In this document: piece after piece, positions 28,890 to 40,456 of the stretch | Position numbering within the stretch: the stretch's first letter is position 1 | Layout: each line of letters begins with the position of its first letter | Assembly (NCBI RefSeq): GCF_009914755.1 | Contig: NC_060926.1 | Reading direction: 5' to 3' (one strand) | Length of the DNA: 64,000 nt | Source of the DNA: the human T2T-CHM13v2.0 reference genome, Homo sapiens | Program-made: the position numbers and the translations under genes | The notes under the pieces: model-generated | The model's input: the letters and a program-made list of their open reading frames with translations, nothing else | What the model was told of the DNA's origin: nothing | The model's database searches: none

Positions 28890-30232
28890 TAATAATTTCT
28901 TTTCATTTGGGTAGATACCTAGTAGTGAGATTGCCGGATTGAATGGCAGTTCTATTTTTAGTTCTCTGAGAAATCATCATATTGTTTTCCAAAGAGGTTG
29001 GACTAATTTACATTCCCACCAATAGTGTATAAGCATGTCTTTTCCTTCTTATCATTGCCAATATTTATTTTTTGACTTTTAAATAACAGACCTTCTAACT
29101 AGTTTAAGATGCTTTCTCATTGTGTTTTTAACTTGTATTTGTCAATATGCTTTTTGGCCACTTGTCTGTCTTCTTTTGGAAAATATCTATTCATTTTCTT
29201 TGCCCACTTTTTATTGGGGCTATTGGGAATTTTTGTTATTGTGGAGTTTTTTGAGTTCCTTGTAAATTCTGGATATCATTACCCTGTCAGATACATAGTT
29301 TGCAAATATTTTCTCCCATCCTGCAGGTTGCCTGTATACTCTGTTGATTATTTATGTTTCTGTGCAGAAGCTTTTCGGTTTAATTAAGTCTATTTGTCTA
29401 GTTTGGTTTTTGTTGCTTGTGCTTCTGAGGTCTTAGTCATAAATTCTTTGCCTAAACCACCATCCAGAAGAGTTTTCTCTGTTTTCATCATTTTAATAGT
29501 TTCGAGTGTTACATTTAAATTCTTAATCCATCTTAAGTTGATTTTTGTATATGGTGGGAGATAGGGGTCCAGCTTTATTCTTCTGCATATAGCAATCCAG
29601 TTTTCCCAGCACCATTTTTGAAAAGGGTGCCCTTTCCCCAGTGCATGTTTTTGACAACAACTTTGTCAAAGATCAGGTGGATGTGGATGTGTGATTTAAT
29701 TTCTGTGTTCTCTATTCTGTTCTGTCAATCTGTTGTCTATTTTGATACCAGTACAATGCTGTTTTGGTTGCTGTAGCTTTGTAGTATAATTTGAGGTCAG
29801 GTAATGTGATGCCTCCAAATTTGTTCTTTTTGCTTAGGATTGCTTTGTCTATTTGAGCTCTTTTTTGATTCCATATGAATTTTAGGATTTTTTTTTCTAA
29901 TTCTGTGAAAAATGACATTGGTATTTTGATAGAGATTGCATTTAAACTGTAGCTTGCTTTGGATAGTATAGTCATTGATATTCATTCTTCCAATTCATGT
30001 GCATGAGATGGTTTTCCATTTGCCCGTGTTATCTATAATTTCTTTCATCGGTGTTTTGTAGTTTTCTTTGTAGAGATGTTTTACCTCCTTGGTTAAATAT
30101 ATCCATGGGTGTGTGTGTGTGTATATATATATACACACACACACACATATTTGTAGCTATTGTAAATGAGATTGCTTTCTTGATTTAATTCTCAGCTTGA
30201 TGATTATCAGTATATAGAAATGCTACTGATTT
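28890..30232 (-). mobile_element. Older L1 (L1MA/L1PB-like) ORF2 segment; host element, resumes at 36135-36200
   Basis: ORF 29712-29975 gives an ORF2 peptide ([15 protein letters not shown]); sequence continues after the TSD at 36135. Confidence 0.85.
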
Positions 30233-32174
30233 ATTTTTAATTTCAGCTTTTATTTTATACATAGGGAGTACATGTGCAAGGTTATTGCATGGGTTCATTG
30301 TAACTAGGTAGTGAGTGTAGTACAGAACAGGTTGTTTTTCAAACCATGACCTTCTCCCTCCCTCCCCCTCCTTGTAGTCTGCCATGTCTATTGTTCCCAT
30401 TTTTATAGCAGAGTGTGCTCAATCTTTAGTTCCTACTTATAAGTGAGAATGTGTGGTATTTGGTTTTCCATTCTTGCATTGGTTCACTTTGGATTATGAC
30501 CTCCAGCTTCATGCATATAGTTGCAAAGAACATGATTTCATTCCTTTATATGGCTGTGTAGTATTCCATAGTGTGTGTGTACCATGTTTTATTTATCCAA
30601 TCCACCGTTGGTGGGCATCTAGGTTGATTCCTTTTCTTTGCTATTGTGAAAAGTGCAGCAATGAACATATGAGTGCATCTGTCTTTTTGGTATAATGATC
30701 TCTTTTCCTTTGGGTATATACCCAGTAATAAGATAGCTAGGTCAAATGGTAGCTCTGTTTTAAGTTTTTGAGAAATCTCCAAACTGATTTCTACAGTGGC
30801 TGAACTAATTTATATTCCCACAGTGTATAAGCATTCCCTTTTCTCCACAACCTAGCAATAGCTGTTATTTTTTTACTTTTAGTAATAGCCATTCTGAATG
30901 GTATGAAATGGTATTTAATTGTAGTTTTAATTTGTATTTCTCTGATGATTAGTGATGATGAGCATTTTTTCATGTGTATTGGCTCCTTGTATGTCCTCTT
31001 TTGAGAAGTGTCTGTTCATGGCCTTTGCCCACTTTTTAATGAGGTTACCTGTTATTTGCTTGTTGATTTGTCTAAGTTCCTTGTAGATTCTGTATATTAA
31101 ACTTTTGCCAGATGCATTGTTTGAGAATATTTTCTCCCATTTCTGCAGATTGCCTGTTTACTCTGTTGATACTTTCTTTTGCTGTGCAGATCTTTAGTTT
31201 AATTAGGTCTCACTTGTCAATTTCTGTGTTTATTGCAATTGTTTTTGGCAACTTAGCCAAAAATTATTTGCCAAAGCTGATGTCAAGAATGGTATTTCCT
31301 AGGTTTTCTTCTAGGATTTTTATAGTTTGAGGTCTTAACATTTAATTCTTTAACACATTTTGAGTTAATTTTTATATATGATGAAAGGTAAGGGTCCAGT
31401 TTCATTCTTGTGCATATAACTAGCCAGCTATTGCAGCACCATTCATTACATAGAGAGTCCTTTCCCCATCGCATATTTTTGTCAGCTTTGTTGAAAATCA
31501 GATGGCAGTAGGTGTGTGACTTTATTTCTGGGTTCTCTATTTTGATGCATTAGTCTATGTCTCTTTTTGTAGCAGTGCCATGCCATTTGGTTACTGTAGC
31601 TGTTCAGTATAGTTTGAAGTCAGATAATGTGATGCCTCAGGCTTTGCTCTTCTTTGTTTGAATGACCTGTTAAGGCTCTTTTTTGGTTCCGCATGAATTT
31701 TTGAATAGTTTTTTTCTAATTCTGTGAAGAATGATGTTTGTAGTTTGATAGGAATGGCATTGAATCTGTAAGTTGCTTTGGGCAGTATGGTCATTTTAAT
31801 GATATTGACTCTCCCAATCCATGAGCATGGAATGTTACTTTGTGTTGTCTGTGATTTGTTTCAGCATTGTTTTGTAGTTCTCTTTATAGAGATATCTCAT
31901 CTCCTTGGTTAGCTGTATTTTCCTAAGTATTTCATTTTCTTTGTGGCTATTGTAAATGAGATTGTGTTCCTGATTTGACTCTCAGCTTGCACATTATTGG
32001 TGTATAGGAATGCTACTGATTTTTACATATTGATTTTGTATTCTAAAACCTTACTAAAGTTGTTTTATCTATCAGTTCTAGCAGCCTTTTGACAGTCTTC
32101 AGATTTTCCTATACGTAGGATCATATAGTCAGTGAAGAGAGATACTTTGACTTCTTCTTTTTCTCTTTGGATGC

Positions 32175-32551
32175 TATATGTGTCTGTTTTTATACTGCTA
32201 TAAAGAACTGCCTGAGACTGGGTAATTTATAAAGGAAAGAGATTTAATTGACTCACAGTTCAGCATGGCTGGGGAGGCCTCAGGAAACTTACAATCGTGG
32301 CAGAAGGTGAAGAGGGGAACAAGGCACCTTCTCCACAAGGCGGCAGGAAGGAGAAGTGCCAAGGCAGGGGGAACAACCCCTTATAAAACCATCAGATCTC
32401 TTGTGAGAACTCACCATCCCAAGAACAGCATGGGAGAAACTGCCCCCATGATTCAATTATCTCCACCTGATCTCTTCCTTGACACATGGGGATTATGGGG
32501 ATTACAATTTAAGATGTGATTTGGGTGGAGACACAAAGCCTAACTATATCA
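32175..32551 (-). mobile_element. THE1D solo LTR inside L1
   Basis: Complete LTR ending ctaactatatca; 5-bp TSD GATGC at 32170-32174 and 32552-32556. Confidence 0.92.
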
Positions 32552-33564
32552 GATGCCTTTTATTTCTTTCTCTTGCCTGTTTTCAGTACTATGTTGAATA
32601 GGAGTGATGAGCATAGGCATACTTGTCATATTCCAGTTCTCAAGGGCAATGGATCCATTTTTTGTCTATTCAGTATGAGGTTGGCTGTTGGTTCATCATA
32701 GATGATTCATTATTTTGAGGTATGTTCCTTTGATGCCTTGTCTTTTGAGAGTTTTTATTATAAAGGGATGTTGGATTTTATCAAAAGCTTTTTATGAATC
32801 CATTGAGGTGATTGTGTGATTTTTATTTTAATTCTGTTTACGTGTTAAATTATATTTATTGATTTGCACATGTTGAATCAGCCTTGCATTGCAGGAATAA
32901 AGCCTACTACATCATGGTTTGTTAATGTTTTGATGTGCTGCTGGATTCAGTTTGCTAGTATTTTGTTGGGAATTTTTGTGTCTATGTTCATCAGGGATAC
33001 TGACCCAAAGATCCTTTTTTTATTTTTGTTTCTCTGCCATGTTTTCATATTAGGCTAATGCTAGCTTCATGGAATGAGTTAGGGAGCAGCCCCTGGTCCT
33101 CAATTTTTGGAATAGTACCTGTTCTTCTTTCTATATCTGTTAGAATTCAGCTGTAAATATAACTTATCCATGGCTTTTTGGGTTTTTTTCTGTATTCAAT
33201 TTCAGATTTTGATATTTACCTATTCAGGATTTTAATCTGTTCCTGGTTCAATCTTGGGAGATTATTTGGTTCTAGTAAGATATATTTCCTCTAAATTTTC
33301 TAATTTGTGGAACAGAATTACTCACAGTATTTTCTGAGGATCTTTTGTATTTCTGTGGGATCAGTTGTAATCTCATATTTGTTATACCTGATTGTACTGA
33401 TTTGTATCTTCTCTTTTTTTGTTAATCTAGCTAGTGGTCTATTCATCTAATTTTTTCAAAGAACAAACTTTTGGTTTCATTGGTCTTTTGTTTGCATTTT
33501 TGCTTTGCAATATTATCCAGTTCTTCTCTAATTTTAATTGTTTCTTTTCTTCTGCTAGCTTTGT

Positions 33565-33802
33565 GGTTGGTTGTTTCTTTGTTTTTGTTTTTCTTTTTGT
33601 TTTTGTTTTTTTGAGACGGAGTCTCGCTCCTCTTCTCCCAGGCTGGAGTGCAGTGGCGCGATCTCGGCTCACTGCAAGCTCCGCCTCCCAGGCCATTCTC
33701 CTCCTCAGCCTCCCGAGTAGCTGGGACTACAGGCACCCACCGCCACACCCGGCTAATTTTTTTGTATTTTTAGTAGAGACGGGGTTTCACCGTGTTAGCC
33801 AG
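33565..33802 (-). mobile_element. AluY, 5'-truncated, inside L1
   Basis: ctgcaagctccgcctcc and ccgtgttagccag; many intact CpGs. Confidence 0.93.
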
Positions 33803-36599
33803 TTCCTTTAGGTGCAAAGGTAGATTGTTAATTTGAGATCTCTCTAACTTCTTGATCAAGGTGTTTAGCAATATAAACTTTCCTCTTAACAGACTGCATT
33901 AGTTACATCCCAGAGATTTTGGTATTTGTTTGCCTATTTTAATTAATTTCAATTCTTTTTTATTTTTGCCTTAATTTCAGTGTCCACCCAGGAGTTATTG
34001 AGGACCAAGTTGTTAAATTTCCATATATTTGTGTAGTTTTAAGAGATCTTTTTGATATTGATTTCTATTTTTATTGCTCTGTTGTCTGAGAGTGTGCTTG
34101 ACTCCCAGATGATTTTAATCTTTTTTTAATTGAGACTTGCTTCATGACCAATTATGTGGTTGATCTTAGAGTATATTCCATGTGCAGATGAAAAAGAATG
34201 TGTATGTTGTGGTTGTTTGGTAGAATGTTCAGTAGATGTTTATTAGGTCCATTTGCTTAAGTGTCAAGTTTAAGGCCAGAGTTCCTTTGTTAGTATTCTG
34301 CCTTGATGATCTCTCTAATGCAGTCAGTACAGTTTTGAAGTCTCCCACTATTATAGTGTGGTTGTCTAGACCTTTTGATATGCCAAGAAGAACTTGTTTT
34401 ATGAATCTGGATGCTCCAGTGTTGGGTGCATATATATTTGGGGTAGGCAAGTCTGCTTGTTGGATTGCACCCTTTATCATTATGTAATGCCTTCCATTGC
34501 CCTTTTAAATTCTTATTGGCTTAAAGTCTATTTTATCAGGTATGAGAATAGTGACTCCTGTACTTTTATGCTTTCTGTTTTTATAGCAGATCTTTCTCTG
34601 TCCATTTACTTTGAGCCTGAGTCCTTACATGTGTGATATGTCTCTTGAAGACAGCAGATGGTTGGGTCTTCTCTTTTTATCCAGCCCACCACTCTCTGCC
34701 TTTTAAGTGGGGTGTTTAGCCCATTTACATTCGGGATTAGTATGGATATGTGAGATTTTTATTCTGTCATCATGTTGTTAGCTGGTTGTCATGTAGATTT
34801 TTATTGTGTGATTGTTTCCTAGTGCCTATGGGCTATGTGCCTAAGTGTGTTTTTGTCATTCTTTTGATTCCACATTTAGCTTTCCCTTAAGAACCTCTTA
34901 CAAGGCTGATGTAGTTGAAATGAATCCCTCAGAGTTTGCTTGTCTGAGAAAGATTTTATTTCTCCTTCCCTTATGAAGATTAGTTTGGTGGAATATAAAA
35001 TTCTTGGTTGGAATGTCTTTCCTTTAAGGATGCTAAAAATTGTCCCAGAATCTCTTCTTGCTTTTATGGTTTCTGCTGATAGGTCTGGTGCTAGTTTCTT
35101 CCATATGTGATTTGACCCTTCTCTCTAGCTGCCTTTAAGATGTTTTTCTTTTTCATTGACCTTGGTGAACCTGATGGCTATATCTTAGTGATGGTTGTCT
35201 TGTGTAGTATCTACGCTGTTCTCCGTATTTCTTGGGTTTGCATGTCAACCTCTTTAGTGAAATTAGGGAGATTTTCATGGACTGTATACTCAAATATAAT
35301 TTCCAAGTTGTTTATTCTCTCTCCTTCTCTCTCAGGAATGCCAATGAGTTATAGACTCTGTCTCATTACATAAACCCATATTTCTCAGAGGTTTTGTTCA
35401 TGTTTTAAAATTGTTTATTTTTATCTGACTGTGTTGATTTGAAAAACTGATCTTTGAGCTCTGAGCTTCTTTCCTTAGCTTGGTCTAATCTTCTGTTAGT
35501 ACTTCCAATTGTATTATGAAATTCTTGTAGTGAATTTTTCAGCTTTAGAAGTTCAGTTTGGTTATTTCTTAAAATGGCTATTTCATCTATCATTTCTTGG
35601 ATCATTTTACTGGATTCCTTGGATTGAGTTTTACCTTTCTCTTGAATATCAATGACCTTCCTTGCCATCCAGATTCTGAATTCCTTGTTTGTCACTTCAG
35701 TCATTTCCAACTGGTTAAGAATCATTGCTGGGGAGGAACTGGTAGACTCCTTTGGAGGTAAGGAGACCCTCTGTCTTTATGAATTACCAGAGTTCTTGTG
35801 CTGATTTTTGTACCCTTAACTGTAGTTTAAATATAGTCAGTTGGTTTCATTTCTGGATGTTTTTAGACAGCCAATATGCTCTCTGTAGGGTCTTTATCTG
35901 TGGCTGATTTCTTGCCTTTGTTTCACAGAAGGGTATATTAGCAAAGTATTTTTGGTGTTGTAGTTTGGGCTTTCATCCAGTAGATAGCATTTATTAGTAA
36001 TGACCAGTAGATATGGTTATACTCAACTGCATGGCTCCTTTATATTTCCTAGTATTTGTAGCCATGAACTATAGTGTGTTGGGAAGAGAGTTCACCTCCT
36101 CACCAGGTCCATTCTTGGGCCTTTGAGGAGCCTCTGCTACTGATTTGTGCACATTGATTTTGTTTCCTTAAACTTTACTGAATTTATTTATCATATCTAC
36201 TAGTTTATCAGTTACAAAAATTAATTAGTTACAGTTGGTGTTCTTTTCCGTGAGACTTTTCTTTCATTTATAACTGGTTTTCATTTCCTTTCTAATTTAA
36301 AGGAGCATATTTAACATTCCATCTTAAGGCAATGTGATAGCCATGAAGTCTTTGTGTGATAATGGTAAAAAGGAAGTTAATCTATAATGGAAGTCAACAG
36401 TAGATAAGGAAGGAGTATTCCTTGGTACCCTTCCATCATTTACAATGTTTCACAAAACAATTCAGGTAAGAAAAATGGCTTAATCTATGAGATAAACCTT
36501 ACAGTATCCATAGTTACACATACCTGTCATGTGATTCAGACCCTGTAATTCACATTCCCTTGACGCTCAAAATAATTCAGAGATCCAACAGCTGAGATT

Positions 36600-37205
36600 C
36601 TGAATTACATATTTTTACAGGATTATAGTTTTACATGACCTGGAAGTCTTCAGAATGAAGACCAAAATATACAGGAGAAACTCTATTTTTATGCTTAGCT
36701 TCAATAAATTATAGACAGCCATGTAAAAATATGATTGGATAAAAAGGGTATGATCTAGTGCTAATTTTCTAAGTAGGGAAACCCAGCAAAGCATGCCTGT
36801 TTTGGTTTTTCGTGACCTCTCTGTGCAGCATTTCCCCTTTCTGGGTATGGTAGAAGATTCTGTCAGGATTGGAATCTTATGACCTACAGTCAAACAAGGT
36901 AGGTCAGATAATTTCTCTGTGGCCAATTTTTACACAGAAAGGCTAGGAGAAAATTAGAGTAATATTTTTAGGTTTTGTGGTTGGCTTTTGAGAAAAGACG
37001 TTCTGGTTTCTATGTCCTGCCTCCATGGGGAACGGATATTCAGAAACTAGAATCCCTTTGGCCTGGGCAGGAGGAGAGTGGTGGCGGGTAGAATGAGCAG
37101 CTAGAGAAAGAGGGGCATTAAGCAGGAATAGGTCAGAGAGGACTATTGATTCTGAGGCTATATTTGAGGACTGCATTTTGAGGTGTCACTTTCTGATCCC
37201 CAACA
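36600..37205 (-). mobile_element. MER39/MER34-like ERV1 LTR
   Basis: Reverse complement begins tgttggggatcagaaagtgacacc; cttatgacctacagtcaaacaaggtaggtcaga. Confidence 0.7.
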
Positions 37206-37739
37206 CTGGCCTTGTTGAAAAAACAACCACAGCATCAGTAGCAGCAGCAGCAGCAAAAACATGAGAATAAAATCCACCCAAACAAATGATGGATTGAGAT
37301 GCAGTGACAAAAGGATTGGTGTAATGCTTAATGCCAAAAAATATGGGAGGAGTGCCAACAAACTTCTGAGGGAAAACAAGCAACTATCACAGCAACAAGT
37401 AGATCTCAAATGTATTAGAACTTGAGGGCATATGACTTATAAACCGTTTATGAAAAAAAAAACTTGGAAATCAAATTTTTCCAACCAAAAAAAATGAATC
37501 AAAATAACACAGGTGAAAGAAACTGTGGATAAAGGACTCATGAAGATGACTAAAACCATTTAAAATTAGAACTGTGGACACTATGCTGGTATATATCATA
37601 ACAGTTGGAGAGAAATATTAAAATTATCAAAATCTGGTAAGGAGTAGAAGTTTAACAATTCTGATTTTTATGTGCTTTCAGAGCTGGGAGTTGGAAGAAA
37701 TGTTATAAAAGTGAAATATAAGATTTTTTTTCTATTTTT

Positions 37740-38225
37740 AAAACTTTAAAATTTTGTTAATATTTTAGACCTACATAAGAGTTGTAAATATAGTACAGAG
37801 AGTTCTGATATTGTCTTCAGTCTGTCTTACCCTAATGTTGACATATTACATAACCACAATACAATTAACAGAATAAGAAATTAACACTGGCATCATGCTT
37901 TTAACTAAACTATAGACTTCAATCAGAGTTCTCCAGTTTTTCCATTCATGTTGTTTCTCTGTTCCTGAATCCTATCAAGCATCTATTGTTGCATTTAATA
38001 GTCATGTTTCTTTCATCTCCAATCTGTGACAGTTCCTCCATTGTTTTTTCGTTTTGTTTTGTTTTGTTTTTGACAATGTTGACATTTTTGTAGACTACTG
38101 GTTATGTATTTCGTAAAATGACTCTCATATCGTATTCGTCTGATGTTTTCTCCTGATTAAAATTAGAGATTTCTGAGATGAATAACATAAAGATGATGTG
38201 TCTTCAATACATCCTATCAGGTGAT
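37740..38225 (-). mobile_element. L1MB/L1MC 3' end fragment
   Basis: gttgtaaatatagtacagagagttc; ccctaatgttgacatattacataacca; aagaaattaacactg. Confidence 0.7.
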
Positions 38226-38589
38226 GAAACATGTAATTTAAAAAATATTAACTACTAAAATTTTTCATAATTTAAAACTGGAGGGGAAGAAAAATGCACT
38301 TGTTCAAAACTTTCTGCAGTTTAATTTACCTTTTTTCAGGTGAATTCAGATCATAGTAATTTTTAGCCAAATATTGTAAAATAATATAGAGTATGACTAA
38401 TTTTAATAAAAATTTTTAAAATTATATATATATGTTTTCTATGTATATATCTACATCTATTTCCAGCTGCCAACATGTAAAGAAACAATTCTAAGATCCA
38501 TTTTAGGAAATATTGATTATAGATATTAACGGATGGTAGAGTTTGTTATGTATTATTAAATTGTACTTTATCTTTTCCACTTTTTCTAT

Positions 38590-38638
38590 TTAGGTTGTTG
38601 CAAAGGTAATTGCGACAGTTACTTTTGCACCAACCTAA
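38590..38638. mobile_element. MADE1 (Hsmar1 MITE), internally deleted palindrome
   Basis: ttaggttgttgcaaaggtaattg-cga-cagttacttttgcaccaacctaa followed by TA. Confidence 0.9.
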
Positions 38639-38961
38639 TATGTACTTTTCTGTTCTGATTTATTTTAATTTGCTTTTAGAAAGATAGAGTTATTGTTTAA
38701 ACAAAAATTCAATGTTTTTGAGCATATATTGTTTATTTTGCATTTTTATTTAGTTTGTATTTCTTTCAGAAACACAATTCTGGAAAGATACAACAGTGTT
38801 TACCTTGAAGGAGCAAGAACTGTGGATGCTTTGAATAGACTTATGTTTTCTTATTTGTGATGTGAACTTTTCTACAAGGGAATTATATTACCTTTCAAAT
38901 AAGCTACATATGTTACTATTTCATAATTTCTTTATTTTTCCATGGAAATTATTTAACATTT

Positions 38962-39025
38962 TATTTTCTGACAAAGCTCCTGTTTATAAGTTATATTTTC
39001 TGACAAAGCTCCTGTTTATAAGTTA
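38962..39025. repeat. Perfect 32-bp tandem duplication
   Basis: tattttctgacaaagctcctgtttataagtta x2. Confidence 0.97.
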
Positions 39026-40245
39026 GCGCATTCAGAGATTCACTTAGAACTATCCTCAGCTTGGCCACTTCTGTATGGTTTTGAGAAAAGTTAGGTACAT
39101 TATTATCTCTTAAAAAACTTAAATTAGACCACAAGCTAGTTTTGAAATAACTCAACTGAGGTTACTCTTTGATGACTGACAGTACAAGAGAATTGTCATA
39201 CACTCAGTTATTAGTTCTTTAGACAAATAAATATTTAATAAATAAATATGTTATATATTATACATATTAATAGGACAATGTAAGTACACATGAAAGTTGG
39301 TGGTGGAAAAATTGCCATTGTTACTAATGCTGTCTCATGTCTAATAATGATAGAGCTGGAAAACAGATGTTTTTCTAAGGCAAAGAATTTACTCCTAACC
39401 TTTTCTTTTATATTGACATCATATTGCCATTGTATGTCAGGTAACTGAGTGGAAAGAGAGAATAGAGCTGAGGGCACATACAATTCATTTAGAATTATTC
39501 TAGTGAGATGCTCATTAGACTAGAAAATAAAAACATATTTGGAGGAAAACATTTCTTCCCTCACTCCTACAAGGGATAAAAATGCTAATATAGTTCTCAA
39601 TGCACAGAACGTAATCACATCTACTTCATAGAACTGATATACTACTGGTATGAATGACCTGTGATGATATACTGAATTTTTGCTTTAATATTTGTTCTTT
39701 TCATTGTTTACTAGTTTTAAAACACCATAAAATATTTATTAAAAAACCTTTAAGGGATTTTTTTAAAGGCCATATTGTAAATGTCTTTGCATTAAACATT
39801 TCATAAGGTATATTTCCAAATCTTAAACAACTTTGCTGTTTGAGTACAATATCAGTAAATGGCACTTTAAGAAGATAGAAAGCCATCTGCATCCAAAATA
39901 TAAATTAAAATTATATGTAAAATAAATCATTTTAACTTTAGATAGAAAGTAACAACTTAAATCACCTTCTATATAGTGTATAAATATATCATCTAAAAGA
40001 TACCTAAATTTTGATGTAAAAATGTTCTCAATATATTTTACCAGGCTGAGAAAATCTTACAAGAATTATCTAGGTATGTAATTATTATATTAAAATGCCA
40101 AAGACATATTAGACTTGTGGTTATATTTCCTTGGGCAACAAAATAGATTTTTTTTTTAAATCTATGTGTCTTTTAAGGTAGGGGAAATAGTAATGCTGAC
40201 AACAAAGTTTTCTCACTAAATATATCTGTTCTTCTTTGTTAATAT

Positions 40246-40316
40246 TTACAGTCAAAGGGGGCTGTTCTCTGGCCAACCTGCACCCAGGTGAAATAAACAG
40301 CCTTGTTGCTCACACA
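40246..40316 (+). mobile_element. HERV-H LTR7 fragments: inverted U3 piece plus sense R piece up to the poly(A) site
   Basis: cctgcacccaggtgaaataaacagccttgttgctcacaca matches LTR7 R; 40246-40272 is the reverse complement of ccagagaacagccccctttgactgtaa (LTR7 U3). Confidence 0.85.
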
Positions 40317-40456
40317 CACACACACACAATATATATATACATATACATATACACACACATATATATACATATACATATATACACACATATATATACATAT
40401 ACATATATATACACATATATATACATATGCATATATATACATATATATATACATAT
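40311..40456. repeat. (CA)n then (TA/TACA)n microsatellite
   Basis: Read directly. Confidence 0.95.

Larger units (their letters stand above)
30233..36134 (-). mobile_element. Near-full-length L1PA15/16-like element, inactive
   Basis: 3' UTR at 30233; ORF2 C-terminus (30546-30973), endonuclease (34229-34480, NIYAPNTGA..GDF), ORF1 (35405-35725); TSD tgctactgattt. Confidence 0.9.

Noticed and set aside
37231-37255. Short (CAG)n tract
   Set aside because: About five pure units, non-coding, unremarkable
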